Positions 1 to 10,011 of a stretch of 64,000 bases of DNA are shown one piece after another. The position numbers were made by a program, and so were the translations under genes. Location: contig JBGSVZ010000035.1 in assembly GCA_041752695.1 (NCBI GenBank), forward strand, positions 96,001 to 160,000, given 5' to 3'. The DNA is from Terrimicrobiaceae bacterium (GTDB taxonomy: Bacteria > Verrucomicrobiota > Verrucomicrobiia > Chthoniobacterales > Terrimicrobiaceae). Numbering within the stretch: position 1 is the stretch's first letter; the number at the start of each line of letters is the position of its first letter. The notes beneath the pieces were generated by a model. The model was not told where the DNA came from, searched no databases, and saw nothing but the letters and a program-made list of their open reading frames with translations.

Positions 1-534
1 CCGCTTTCGTATCTCTTCTACACGCCTTTTGTTGGAAGTGTCCACGGTCTGGCCTCGGCTGCTCCGAATGGTTTTTCCGACATCGTTTATTACACAGGTC
101 AAAATGGTGCTAACGGGACGCTGGGTTATTGGCAGCCAGGCGTCGATGCCGGGACAATCTATGACTTCGGTGCCACTACTGTGCGAGGTGTTGTCGCGGG
201 AGGAAGCAACACGATGTATGTCGCGATGTATGACCTCAACAAGGTGGTGAAAATGACTTTTTCCGATGGTGGTTGGACGGCTAGCGACTTCATCACTGAT
301 ATCAACAACCCGATAGGACTTGCAATCGATGGTAATAACATCTACGTGAGTTCCTTTCTTGATCAAACCATCTCCGGCTACAGCTTGGTCGATGCATCAT
401 TTCAATCCAGCTTCAATACGCTGGGTGCTCCGCAGTATTTCATCGTTACTGCGGTACCCGAGCCAGGTTCGGTCAGTTTGCTAATGGCCACCGGGCTGGG
501 AGCCCTCGTGTGGCGTCGGCGTCGGCAGGCCTGA
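1..534 (+). CDS. PEP-CTERM sorting-domain surface protein, 5' end outside window
   Basis: Frame is open from base 1. C-terminus VPEPGSVSLLMATGLGALVWRRRR gives PEP motif + TM helix + basic tail. Propeller-like repeat (INNPIGLAIDGNNIYVS). Confidence 0.92.
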   Translation, partial: PLSYLFYTPFVGSVHGLASAAPNGFSDIVYYTGQNGANGTLGYWQPGVDAGTIYDFGATTVRGVVAGGSNTMYVAMYDLNKVVKMTFSDGGWTASDFITDINNPIGLAIDGNNIYVSSFLDQTISGYSLVDASFQSSFNTLGAPQYFIVTAVPEPGSVSLLMATGLGALVWRRRRQA

Positions 535-620
535 TTATTCCAGACCCCCATTTCTTCCGACCTGCCAGTGTCTTCCCAAGTTGATGCTGGCAGGTTTTAT
601 TTTGTTTTTTTCCTAACTCT

Positions 621-3395
621 ATGAAATTCGACACAATGCCTTTTGTCGCTCTCACAATCACGCTAGCTTCGCTGGCTGCGGCAACTGCGTCCGAGCCCCA
701 AAACTGTTTGGTCGCGAGTCATGCGGCGGGGCGAATTCAGAGTTTTTCACCACAAGCATCAGATGAGAAGATTCAGACCTTTGCCGAAGCTCTACCCCTC
801 ATCAACGGCATGGCTGAGGGCCCCGATGGGTTTCTCTATCTGACAACGGGCGCTCCCAACCAGAGCGGTAGTATTGTGCGGATTGACCCGCATACTGGGA
901 TTCCTACCGGCGTTTTTTGGGATGGTAACACCACGGCAGGAACAGTGGCCAAGCGGCTCACCGGAATCGTTTTCCGAGGCGATCTTTGTTACGCAGCAGA
1001 AGCCGATGAGGGCCGGATTCATGTCATCAGCGCAGACAATGGGAGTTGGATTGGCGTCGCGGCAGAATCCCCTGGCGCCGTGATTACCCAGATTTCCGTT
1101 TCGAAGGAGAGACTGCTTGCGGCAGATTTTAGCGGGCAAAAAATCATCGAGTTTCCATCCCTCGGGGATGGTGAGTTCGGCGCGGCAGAAGAACTACACA
1201 GCACGGCGCCATCAGCCCCATGGGCACTGCTAGAAGCCCCCGATGGCCGGATTTTCTATTCCACAAATACCGATGAGATCATTTGCTTGAAAAATGATTC
1301 GACAGAAGTATGGGTCGATGGCGAAGAGGCGCGTCAAGTGATCTATCTTGGCCGGTCTCGCGATGGGAAATCGCTGCTCTTGCCGAGTCACGCCACCGGG
1401 TGGGTGAGTGCCTGGTCAATGACCGAGCCACAACGTCAGGGCTGGGAACGCCAACTGCCTGCCGCAGAGAGCGTGATCTCCATGCTGGAACCTCTCCAAT
1501 CCCCTGATGCTGCCGTACCCGGTGCCACACTCAAACAAGACGGGAGCCCGGGCGAAAACCCGACCGCGGGGATTCTCATCAAAGCGACGGCGAAGACGGG
1601 AAGGATTTCGCACCTTGGTTGGGACACGGAGGGCGGCGGACGTGAGATCAACAATCTCCTGCGGGCACCTATGGAATTTGCGATCAGGCAAGGTGGCAAG
1701 GAGATCCCGCTCCTAGTGGAAGAGATGGAGGTGCTGGAGTCTTCCATTCGAGGGATTCTTTCGCGGAGTAAAGGCGATAAATCGGGCCGCTTCGAGATCG
1801 CCTTGCAAAACAAACACCTTCGCCTCACAGCGAATCTCAACGAGAACGGGGACGGCCAGATTCTTGCCACGTTAAAATTGAACCCGAGGATGTGCTCATC
1901 AAGTTTCCATACCTCCAAGTGGACATCGGTCGACAGCGGCCGCCTGCCAGGAATCTTCATTGCTCCGGATCTCGGCACCATGGAGGTAACATCCGCCCTC
2001 CCCGCGGAAGTGCGCTTCACGGGCGACCGCAAAAAGCGTGAAACGACCCTCGTCTTCTCATCCTCGAGCGGGCCCAAATTGGCGCTGGAGTTTTCCCCGG
2101 TGACCTTGGCGAATCCGACCCCCGGCAAGAACGATGATCTCTGGCAGAAAATCCGGCGCGGATGGTGGAATCTGCCGATCGCCACCTCTCAATGGGGTCC
2201 CACTGATGGCACCGATGGAAGCATCGCTGGCGTCTGGGGCAACAACGTGATCAGCAATCCCGTCGGTTCTACTTTGTTCTGGCTCGCAGATCACATTCTC
2301 CTCCAGCCCGACTGGACCGACGGTCTCTCCGGAGCGGACTTCCTTCGCTACACCGTCGAGTATCATCTGAAAAACAAAGTCACTCCGGAAGGTGAGGTGC
2401 TCTATGTGAATCACAACCCCGGAGCGATGGATGCCAATCCATCGTTGGTCATAGCGTTTTGGGCCGTGGTGGAGGCCACTGGCGATCTCGAATGGATGAA
2501 GGAATGGTGGCCCAAGTTGGCGCCAGCCATCGCTTACATGAATGCCCGCGACGTGGATGGCGATGGGCTCATTGAATCCAAGCAATCCGGTAATCCCGGC
2601 ACCGGTGCCTTCGGAGACACCGCATGGGATACCTACAGCAGCGGCCACAAGAATGCCTACGTCAATGCCCTGGCTCACCGTGCCTACAAATGCCTTGAGG
2701 CCCTTGCGCTGACGACCGGAGATGCAAAATCCGCGACGGAATATGGTGGGCGTGCGGCGAAGCTCAAAGCGGCCTTCCGCCATACGTTCTACAATCCGGA
2801 GACCGGATGGCTCGCGTGGTGGAAGAGCGAGAATGGCACCCTGCACGACGTGCATTCCGATGTGCCGACCAGTCTCGCGACCCTTTGCGGGCTACTGGAC
2901 CTGGCCGACGCCAAGGAGATGTTGGACAAATATTGGACTGCTCTCCAAAACTCCGGCTTCGACAATTTTGCGCTGGGGGTGCCGTTAAATTCCCGCCCGG
3001 TGCCGGCCGCGTGGCAATTCTCTACATGGGGAGGATCGAATCCCGATGGTTCAGAAACCTTCCAAAAATACCTCAATGGTGGATGCACGGTCTCAAACAC
3101 CTTCTGGTTTCTCGCGGCCAATCAGATGGTCGGCAATGGGGACCGCGCGAACGGGATTCTGGACAAAATGGTTGAGCGTCAGCACAAGGGAGTTTTTCCC
3201 AATGGCGGCGGGTTCCAAAATGGTGTAGTGGACATTTATCCCTACGGGGCGGAGTTCTACGACTGGAAGGGCAACACCTGCGGCTACGAAGGCCATCTCG
3301 TCTACAGCTGGACCTTTCTCCAAGCGATTCCTCTCCAAGACCCCACCCTGCAAGAGCGACTCTACGGTTTCCTAGGCAAGTCGCCCGCGCAGTGA
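621..3395 (+). CDS. Secreted protein: N-terminal beta-propeller plus C-terminal (alpha/alpha)6 six-hairpin glycoside hydrolase-like domain
   Basis: Signal peptide, propeller-type repeats (GMAEGPDGFLY, APDGRIFYS), and six-hairpin motifs EATGDLEWMKEWWPKL, RDVDGDGLIE, AYVNALAHRAY, FYNPETGW. Confidence 0.75.
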   Translation: MKFDTMPFVALTITLASLAAATASEPQNCLVASHAAGRIQSFSPQASDEKIQTFAEALPLINGMAEGPDGFLYLTTGAPNQSGSIVRIDPHTGIPTGVFWDGNTTAGTVAKRLTGIVFRGDLCYAAEADEGRIHVISADNGSWIGVAAESPGAVITQISVSKERLLAADFSGQKIIEFPSLGDGEFGAAEELHSTAPSAPWALLEAPDGRIFYSTNTDEIICLKNDSTEVWVDGEEARQVIYLGRSRDGKSLLLPSHATGWVSAWSMTEPQRQGWERQLPAAESVISMLEPLQSPDAAVPGATLKQDGSPGENPTAGILIKATAKTGRISHLGWDTEGGGREINNLLRAPMEFAIRQGGKEIPLLVEEMEVLESSIRGILSRSKGDKSGRFEIALQNKHLRLTANLNENGDGQILATLKLNPRMCSSSFHTSKWTSVDSGRLPGIFIAPDLGTMEVTSALPAEVRFTGDRKKRETTLVFSSSSGPKLALEFSPVTLANPTPGKNDDLWQKIRRGWWNLPIATSQWGPTDGTDGSIAGVWGNNVISNPVGSTLFWLADHILLQPDWTDGLSGADFLRYTVEYHLKNKVTPEGEVLYVNHNPGAMDANPSLVIAFWAVVEATGDLEWMKEWWPKLAPAIAYMNARDVDGDGLIESKQSGNPGTGAFGDTAWDTYSSGHKNAYVNALAHRAYKCLEALALTTGDAKSATEYGGRAAKLKAAFRHTFYNPETGWLAWWKSENGTLHDVHSDVPTSLATLCGLLDLADAKEMLDKYWTALQNSGFDNFALGVPLNSRPVPAAWQFSTWGGSNPDGSETFQKYLNGGCTVSNTFWFLAANQMVGNGDRANGILDKMVERQHKGVFPNGGGFQNGVVDIYPYGAEFYDWKGNTCGYEGHLVYSWTFLQAIPLQDPTLQERLYGFLGKSPAQ

Positions 3396-3603
3396 TAGAC
3401 TTTTAGACATGTGGGATCACGCCCACCAAAGCGTTGCCTCAAATGAAGGTGGAGTATTGCCGACGAACTCAAGGAATTGCTAAGCGAATGGGAATAAACC
3501 ACGCCCGGTGATGGTCGGATTACCAACTAGAGCCTTTGAGATGAATATATGCGGAGACGTCGACGGTGCATCTGCACGCCAAACGACGTTACCGTAAACA
3601 TCT

Positions 3604-3838
3604 CTGGAGAAGATAATCGAGCGTCAGCACGTCGGCATTCGAATGGAGGTGGCTTTCAAAACGGGTGGTCGATCTCCCAACTTGTGGAACGGAGTTTTAC
3701 GATTGGGAGTGAAGACCACCGGCTACGAGGGGCACCTCTTTTTTGCCGGAATTTCTGCCAAGCGATTCCCCTCCAAGATTCCAGCTTGCAAGAGCGACTT
3801 TACGGTTTTCTGCGCAAGTCGCCCTCGCGGTGATAGAC
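3604..3838 (+). pseudogene. Degenerate copy of the 3' end of the upstream glycosidase gene
   Basis: Aligns to about 3160-3400 (NGGGFQNG, GYEGHL, QAIPLQD..LQERLYGFL.KSP, same TGATAGAC end) with frameshifts. Confidence 0.88.
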
Positions 3839-3870
3839 AATCCCGCTCGCGGAGCAAGACGCCCCGCACC

Positions 3871-5004
3871 TCACACGCGGTATTTTTCGATAATTTCCTG
3901 ACGAAGGGGAATGCCGAATCCAGAGGCGGCGGGCACGTGCATGTAGCCGTCCTTAATGACCGGATGCTCGGCCGGTAGGTCGAACCACATGGGATCGCGC
4001 TGGTAGCTGGGGAAAATTTCCACAGCGATGCCGTTGGGCGCCGAGGCGAGCAGATGGAGCGCGACTTGCGGTTCCTCATGGTGGGCCATGCCAATTCCAA
4101 AACATTGCGCCATGCCGGCGATGCGCCGCCACTCGGTGGCTCCGGCCGCAATGGTGGCATCCACGTTGAGGATATCCACCGCACCGCTGGTGATGAGGTC
4201 GCGACAACCGTGCCGGGAGATTTCGCCCTGGCCCGCGTTGACCGGTGTGCCTTCGGCGCGGACGCGGGCATTGCCCACATGCTGATCGTGCCAGCGCACG
4301 GGCTCCTCCAGCCAGGCGAGGTGCAAATCCGTCACTCCGCGCGCGAAGGCCACGGCTTCGCTCACTGTCCACGTCTGGTTGGCATCCGTGCAGAGCAGGA
4401 AATCTTTGCCTCCGACCTTGCGGGCGGTGCGGGCACGTTCGATGTCCTCATCAACCGAGTTTTTCCCAACCTTGAGCTTCATCCCGTAGATCCCCTGTTC
4501 GCGGAATCCGGCCACTTCGGCTTCCAAGTCGCTGGCGGTGATGCCTGGGTTCATATAGCCGCCGATGCCAATCACGCGCACCTTGTCGGCATGGCCGCCG
4601 AGGAGCTTCGCCACCGGCTGTCCGAGTGCTTTGCCGAGCGCATCCCACAGCGCCAGATCCACCGTGGCGATGGCCTGAGTGTGAATACAGTGCTTGGCAA
4701 GGTCGAGTGTGTGGATGCCGCGGTTTCCAAAATCCACCCGAAAATTCCACAGTCGCTCCCAGAGGCGCTCAATGTCGCGGGCATCCTGACCCAACAAAAG
4801 CGGCTGGTAATGCTTATTGACGAGTTCCGCGACCTCGACTTGGTATTCCTCCTCATCACCGCCGAAGATTTCGCCGATGGTTCCATTATCGAGTTCCACC
4901 CGGCAGACCATGGTCGGGCGGCTGGTGATTTTGTAGGTGCCGCCCTGGAAGACGGTTTCCAAATCCCGGCGAAGGGGGATGGCTTCAAGTTTACGGATTT
5001 TCAT
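3871..5004 (-). CDS. Mandelate racemase/muconate lactonizing enzyme family (enolase superfamily) dehydratase
   Basis: DLALWDALGK, KLKVG, DANQ, WLEEP, GQGE, PxxxGFGI motifs. Confidence 0.93.
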   Translation of the reverse strand: MKIRKLEAIPLRRDLETVFQGGTYKITSRPTMVCRVELDNGTIGEIFGGDEEEYQVEVAELVNKHYQPLLLGQDARDIERLWERLWNFRVDFGNRGIHTLDLAKHCIHTQAIATVDLALWDALGKALGQPVAKLLGGHADKVRVIGIGGYMNPGITASDLEAEVAGFREQGIYGMKLKVGKNSVDEDIERARTARKVGGKDFLLCTDANQTWTVSEAVAFARGVTDLHLAWLEEPVRWHDQHVGNARVRAEGTPVNAGQGEISRHGCRDLITSGAVDILNVDATIAAGATEWRRIAGMAQCFGIGMAHHEEPQVALHLLASAPNGIAVEIFPSYQRDPMWFDLPAEHPVIKDGYMHVPAASGFGIPLRQEIIEKYRV

Positions 5005-5540
5005 GGTGGGGCAAGGACGGATTGGTAGAGGTCGCCGCCAACGGTGTCGTTTAGCACGATGGCGGGAAAATTCTCGAAGCGCATGCGGTGGATGGCCTCG
5101 CTAAGGAGGTCGGGGAAGGCGACAACTTCGCACGCGGTGATCGACTGCGAGAGCAGCGCACCGGTTCCACCAATCGCTCCGAAATACACACCACCTTTCT
5201 CGCGCAGGGCGGTTTTCACGGAATCAGCGAGAAAGCCCTTGCCAATGAATCCACGCACGCCATGGGCAAGCAGGCCGGGCATGAAAGCGTTCATGCGGCC
5301 GGCGGTGGTCGGGCCGGCCGAGCCGACGACTTCGCCCGGTTTGGCGGGTGAGGGGCCGACAAAGTAGATGAGTTGCCCGGAGATTTCCACGGGCAGTTCG
5401 CTGCCCGCGGCCAGCATCTCGTGCAGCCGCCGACAGGCCTGATCACGACCGGTCAGCACTTCACCTGAGAGCAGAACCTCCTCACCGGCACGCAGCGAGG
5501 ACGCGGTGACCAAGTCCAGCGGGAGGATCAGTTCTTTCAT
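5001..5540 (-). CDS. Fe-S hydro-lyase (class I fumarase/tartrate dehydratase type) beta subunit
   Basis: LSGEVLTGRDQA, GPTTAGRM, IGKG, GGDLY. ATG at 5540 overlaps the alpha-subunit stop. Confidence 0.92.
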   Translation of the reverse strand: MKELILPLDLVTASSLRAGEEVLLSGEVLTGRDQACRRLHEMLAAGSELPVEISGQLIYFVGPSPAKPGEVVGSAGPTTAGRMNAFMPGLLAHGVRGFIGKGFLADSVKTALREKGGVYFGAIGGTGALLSQSITACEVVAFPDLLSEAIHRMRFENFPAIVLNDTVGGDLYQSVLAPP

Positions 5541-6379
5541 AACACGACCTCTTGGTGGCGGTGCGCATGGCATTCGATATTTACACTTACCGGCAGACTG
5601 GCGATGTGACAGGCTGCGATCTCCACATGCACCGCGAGCGCGGTGGTATCCCCACCATAGCCCTGCGGCCCGATGCCGCTGGCATTAATTCCTTCAATGA
5701 TTTTGCCCTCGAGCTCCGCCAAGTGCGGAACTGGGCTGGGTGCGCCGGTTTCCCGCAGAAGGGATTTTTTGGCAAGGATCGCGGAAACTTCGAAGGACCC
5801 TCCGATGCCCACGCCGACGACAAGTGGCGGACAGGCATTCGGCCCGGCGATTTTCGCGGTTTCCACCACAAACTCGACAATGCCCCCCACCCCTGCAGAT
5901 GGGGTGAGCATCTTGAAGCGGCTCATGTTTTCGCATCCACCGCCTTTGGCGAGCAGTCGTAACGTGAGTTGATCCCCGTGCACCAAATCCGTGTGCAGCA
6001 TCGCGGGTGTGTTATCGCCGGTGTTCTTGCGCTGCACCGGATCGCCGGTAACCGATGCCCTTAGAAATCCTGCGCGGTAGCCGGTACGCACACCGTCGTT
6101 GATCGCATCACGAAGCAACCCGCCGGTGATGCGTACGTCTTGACCGACCTCGGCAAAAATGACAACGAGCCCGGTATCCTGGCACATCGGGATGCTTCGG
6201 ATCTCGGCAACTTCGGCGTTTTGCAGGATGCGGGTGAGTGCGTTTTTAGCAACGGGATTGGTCTCGCGTTGCACTCCGCGGCGCAGGACGCGCAGCATGT
6301 CCTCGGACAGCACAAAGTTCGCCTGCTGGCACATTCGCGCCACGGCCTCACTGATGGCTTCCGCCGGGATTTCGCGCAT
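5537..6379 (-). CDS. Fe-S hydro-lyase (class I fumarase/tartrate dehydratase type) alpha subunit
   Basis: PMCQDTG, KGGGCEN, NACPP, GIGPQGYGG, CHAHR. Confidence 0.94.
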   Translation of the reverse strand: MREIPAEAISEAVARMCQQANFVLSEDMLRVLRRGVQRETNPVAKNALTRILQNAEVAEIRSIPMCQDTGLVVIFAEVGQDVRITGGLLRDAINDGVRTGYRAGFLRASVTGDPVQRKNTGDNTPAMLHTDLVHGDQLTLRLLAKGGGCENMSRFKMLTPSAGVGGIVEFVVETAKIAGPNACPPLVVGVGIGGSFEVSAILAKKSLLRETGAPSPVPHLAELEGKIIEGINASGIGPQGYGGDTTALAVHVEIAACHIASLPVSVNIECHAHRHQEVVL

Positions 6380-6387
6380 GGGTTTTG

Positions 6388-7359
6388 TCAGGCGAAGAGA
6401 AAGTCGCCCACGGTTTTTGGATCCGGCACAGGGCTCGCTTTGGCGAAGGCCAAAGCGTCATCGGCCTCTTTTTGCGCGAGGGCCTCGAGTTTGCGGAGTT
6501 TCGCAGCATCCACTCCAAATTCCCCGACAAGGCGCTTTTCAAAGCGGGGGATAGGGTCGGCTGTTTTCCATTTCATGGCCTCCTCCTCGTCCTCGTATTT
6601 GCCGGCAGAAATTGCGCTGTGGCGTTCCCATCGAACAGTCTTGCACTCAAGCAGGGTGGCACCATCCCCTCGTCGCGCTAGGGCCACGGCCGTTTGCATG
6701 GCCTCGTGCACCAGCAGCGGGTCATTACCGTCCACTTTCATTCCGGCCAGGCCGAAGCCCTCGGCATGCTGGCACACGTCCTCAACGGATTTGCCAATGT
6801 GGGCCGGCACCGAAATGGCGTAGCCATTGTTTTCACAAACAATCACCAGCGGGATTTTCCAGAGTGCCGCCATGTGCAGGGTTTCCAGAAATGCCCCCTC
6901 GCTGGTGGCTCCCTCTCCAAGATACGCGACGGTGACACGACTATTTTTGCGCTTTTTGTTGGCGAGAGCCATTCCCGCGGCAATCGGGATGTGCGCGGCC
7001 AGGATGGCGTTGGTTCCCCAGAAATCCTTGCTCACATCGCAAAGGTGCATTGAACCTCCCCGGCCCTTGCAGCAACCATCCTGCTTGCAAAGCAACTCGC
7101 TCATCACGGCTTTCATTTCCAGACCTTTGGCGAGGGCATGCCCGTGGCCGCGGTAGGTGGCAAACACTTGATCCGTCGGCTCCAAGGCAGCGGCACAGCC
7201 CACCGCAATCGCTTCCTGGCAAATGCACGGGTGCGTGGTGCCTTGAAACAGTCCTTCGCGAAAACTGCCAATAGCATGGTTTTCGAAAGCCCGGATACAG
7301 CTCATTTTGTGATACCAGGCCAGCAGGGTCTCCACCGGAATTTGTGATTTTTTACTCAT
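6388..7359 (-). CDS. TPP-dependent 2-oxoacid/acetoin dehydrogenase E1 alpha subunit
   Basis: TYRGHGH, GRGGSMH, TPP motif GEGA...ENN. Confidence 0.94.
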   Translation of the reverse strand: MSKKSQIPVETLLAWYHKMSCIRAFENHAIGSFREGLFQGTTHPCICQEAIAVGCAAALEPTDQVFATYRGHGHALAKGLEMKAVMSELLCKQDGCCKGRGGSMHLCDVSKDFWGTNAILAAHIPIAAGMALANKKRKNSRVTVAYLGEGATSEGAFLETLHMAALWKIPLVIVCENNGYAISVPAHIGKSVEDVCQHAEGFGLAGMKVDGNDPLLVHEAMQTAVALARRGDGATLLECKTVRWERHSAISAGKYEDEEEAMKWKTADPIPRFEKRLVGEFGVDAAKLRKLEALAQKEADDALAFAKASPVPDPKTVGDFLFA

Positions 7360-7372
7360 GAGGATCGAAGGT

Positions 7373-8350
7373 TCAGGCCATCACTTCGCGCACGGCAGCG
7401 ATGACATTGTCTTTGTTCGGAAATGCGAAGTCCTGCAAGGTGCCCATTGGCGCAGGGTGGTCGGCGGCAGCAACTCGCAGGATGGGGGCTTCAAGAAAAT
7501 CAAAGGCACCCTCTTGGGCGGACTGGGCAATTTCTGCGCCAGCTCCTCCGGTTTTTGAGGCTTCATGGGCAACCACGAGACGCCCGGTTTTGATGACCGA
7601 GTTGACGAGGCCCTCTCGGTCGAGCGGGGCGAGCGTGCGCAGGTCAAGCACCTCGCAATCGACTCCTTCCGCTGCCAGTTCTTCAGCCGCTTCAAGGCAA
7701 GGGCGCACCATGCCGCTGTAGGTGGCAAGAGTGACATGCCGACCCTCGCGGGCAACCCGCAGCCTACCGAAAGGGATTGGTTCATCGGCTTCCGGCACCT
7801 CACCTTTTGCGCCGTAGAGGCGGACGTGTTCAATATAGAGCACCGGGTTGCCATCGCGCAGCGCGGTGAGCATGAGCCCCTTCGCGTCCGCCGCGTTCGA
7901 TGGCACCACAACCCGCAGGCCGGGGATGTGCATGAACCAAGCTTCCAGACTTTGGGAATGCTGCGCTCCCAAGCCAAGGCGATTCACAATCGGTGTGCGC
8001 ACGACAAGCGGCACGCTCACCTGGCCGCCCATGGTAAAACGCATCTTGGCGGCTTGGTTGACAATCGCATCCGATGCGAGCGTGATAAAATCGATGAACT
8101 CGATCTCCACCACAGTGGGCATGCCCGCCATGGCAAGACCAATTCCAAAGCCGGTGGTGGCGGCTTCTGCGACCGGGCCGTCCGTCACTCTCTCGGCACC
8201 GAATTCGTCATAAAGACCCCTGTAAACCCCGAAGGTCCCTCCATACGGACCAATGTCCTGGCCGAGCAGGGTGATATCGGGATTGCGGCGCATCTCATGA
8301 CGCAGGGCTTCGTTGATGGCTTCTGCCATGCTCAGTTTGCGATGACTCAT
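7373..8350 (-). CDS. 2-oxoacid/acetoin dehydrogenase E1 beta subunit
   Basis: GQDIGPYGGTF, AQHSQSLEAWF, DAKGL, DLRTLAPLD. Confidence 0.95.
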   Translation of the reverse strand: MSHRKLSMAEAINEALRHEMRRNPDITLLGQDIGPYGGTFGVYRGLYDEFGAERVTDGPVAEAATTGFGIGLAMAGMPTVVEIEFIDFITLASDAIVNQAAKMRFTMGGQVSVPLVVRTPIVNRLGLGAQHSQSLEAWFMHIPGLRVVVPSNAADAKGLMLTALRDGNPVLYIEHVRLYGAKGEVPEADEPIPFGRLRVAREGRHVTLATYSGMVRPCLEAAEELAAEGVDCEVLDLRTLAPLDREGLVNSVIKTGRLVVAHEASKTGGAGAEIAQSAQEGAFDFLEAPILRVAAADHPAPMGTLQDFAFPNKDNVIAAVREVMA

Positions 8351-9129
8351 AAGTTTTTTTCAGCTGTGGTGAAACGATCCGGCAACTCACGCGCCGCCGG
8401 GCCGGTATAGGTAATGTCTTCCGGTTCCGCCGCTTTGAACGGCCGCTCACGGGTCATTTGTTCGTGAGCGTGGGCAACGTAGCCGGGAGCCCGGCCAACA
8501 ATAAAAAACGATTTACCGAGTGCGGGATCCAACCCGAGATCGCAAAGAATGGCACCGATCGCACCATCCACATTCATATTGATGCGGCGGCCATACACCT
8601 GCTCCGTGGCGTGCTCCAATTCACGGGCAAAATCGCAGTGGCTGCCGTGAATGTTGTATTCACGGGCAAGGTCAAAGAGCACCTTTACCCGCGGATCTGC
8701 GGTGTGAACGCGGTGGCCAAAACCCGGCATCCGCTCCTTGCGGGAACGAAGCCCGGCAAGCAACTCGCTCGCGGTCGTGCCGTCTCTCACTGCGGCTTGA
8801 AGGATCCGTGCGCACGGCTCAATGGCTCCCCCATGCGTGTCCCCAATGGCGGTCACGCCGGCCGCAACTGCGGCCTGAAGCGGCACGCCTGCCGAGGCAA
8901 CAAAGCGAACGGCATCCACGCTCGGCGAGGCTAGGCTATGCTCGCAGCAGCACACTAGCATGGTGCCGATCATTCGCCCCTGATTCCCGGACGGCAATTC
9001 ACCGGTCAGAAGCAGATACATCACGTCTCCGAATGAACATTGTCGTGTAAGGTCTTCAATGCGGTAGCCACGCACCATGATGTCGTTCGGCGCAACGCGC
9101 GAAATGGCGGTTGTCCAGAATTCACTCAT
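8347..9129 (-). CDS. Citryl-CoA lyase-like protein (citrate synthase fold)
   Basis: WTTAIS..VRGY, HGGAIE, PGFGHRVHTADPR, NVDGAIGA; 260 aa. Confidence 0.88.
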   Translation of the reverse strand: MSEFWTTAISRVAPNDIMVRGYRIEDLTRQCSFGDVMYLLLTGELPSGNQGRMIGTMLVCCCEHSLASPSVDAVRFVASAGVPLQAAVAAGVTAIGDTHGGAIEPCARILQAAVRDGTTASELLAGLRSRKERMPGFGHRVHTADPRVKVLFDLAREYNIHGSHCDFARELEHATEQVYGRRINMNVDGAIGAILCDLGLDPALGKSFFIVGRAPGYVAHAHEQMTRERPFKAAEPEDITYTGPAARELPDRFTTAEKNL

Positions 9130-10004
9130 GAGAGGCCCTCCAAAATGTCATCAAATTTCTCGGCGACATGCACGCCAACGGCGCGCAGGCACTCGGCCTT
9201 GCCCTTCACCGAGCCGCGTCCGCCCTCAACCATGACGGCGGCGTGACCAAAGCGAACGCCCTCCATGTCGTCCACGAAACGACCGGAGAGAAAGGCGTTC
9301 ACTCGCAGGCGGGAAGGTCTTTCACGTAGATAGTCGGCTAATTCCTCTTCGGCGGTGCCTCCCGGTTCACCATAGATCACGACGGTATCTGTGCTCGGGT
9401 CGTCTTCCAACTGTTTGATTAGATCGGTGAAATTACTGCCGATGATGGGATCCCCGCCCACGCCGATGGCAATGCTTTGTCCAATCCCCCGGCTCGTCAG
9501 GAAACTCGCGATTTCCGTGGTCATGCCGCCACTACGGGAAAGGATGGCTACCTTGCCGGGCAAGAACGATTTCCTAACATTATCCACCCGCCCGCCAATG
9601 GTTCCCAGTTTGGCGACGCCCGGGCGGATGAGCCCAAGGGTGTTTGGACCAATCACTGTGCAGCCCGATTCGCGCGCGGCAGCGACGAGGCAGGCAGTGT
9701 CGCGGCGCGGGACACGTTCGCTCATGATGAGGCAGAGTTTGATGCCGTGGGCGAAGCTTTCGAGCGAGGCATCAAGCACGCCTGCAGCCGGCACGGAGAC
9801 AACGCTCACGGTGGGTTGATGCGCGGCCACGGCGGCTTGCACGGTGTCATAAACCGGGACACCGTGGACGTTTTGGCCACCTTTTCCAGGAGTGACTCCG
9901 GCCACAATCTGACTTCCGTAAGCGAGTGCCTCGGCAACCATTTCACTGGCTTCGCGTCCGGTGATGCCTTGCACGAGAATCCGGTCTTGAGATGAGATCA
10001 ACAT
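9126..10004 (-). CDS. ADP-forming acyl-CoA synthetase alpha subunit (SucD/citryl-CoA synthetase small-subunit-like)
   Basis: VQGITG, GVTPGKGG, IGPNTLG, SRSGGMT, GGDP, phospho-His motif FGHA. Start taken at ATG 10004. Confidence 0.9.
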   Translation of the reverse strand: MLISSQDRILVQGITGREASEMVAEALAYGSQIVAGVTPGKGGQNVHGVPVYDTVQAAVAAHQPTVSVVSVPAAGVLDASLESFAHGIKLCLIMSERVPRRDTACLVAAARESGCTVIGPNTLGLIRPGVAKLGTIGGRVDNVRKSFLPGKVAILSRSGGMTTEIASFLTSRGIGQSIAIGVGGDPIIGSNFTDLIKQLEDDPSTDTVVIYGEPGGTAEEELADYLRERPSRLRVNAFLSGRFVDDMEGVRFGHAAVMVEGGRGSVKGKAECLRAVGVHVAEKFDDILEGLS

Positions 10005-10011
10005 AGAAAAA

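Noticed and set aside
3160..3838. Possible diversity-generating retroelement VR/TR pair (repeat at a gene 3' end, RT fragment in the window)
   Set aside because: Differences are not adenine-specific, include indels and synonymous changes, and the RT is a decayed group II intron type (FADD with DV/DVI).
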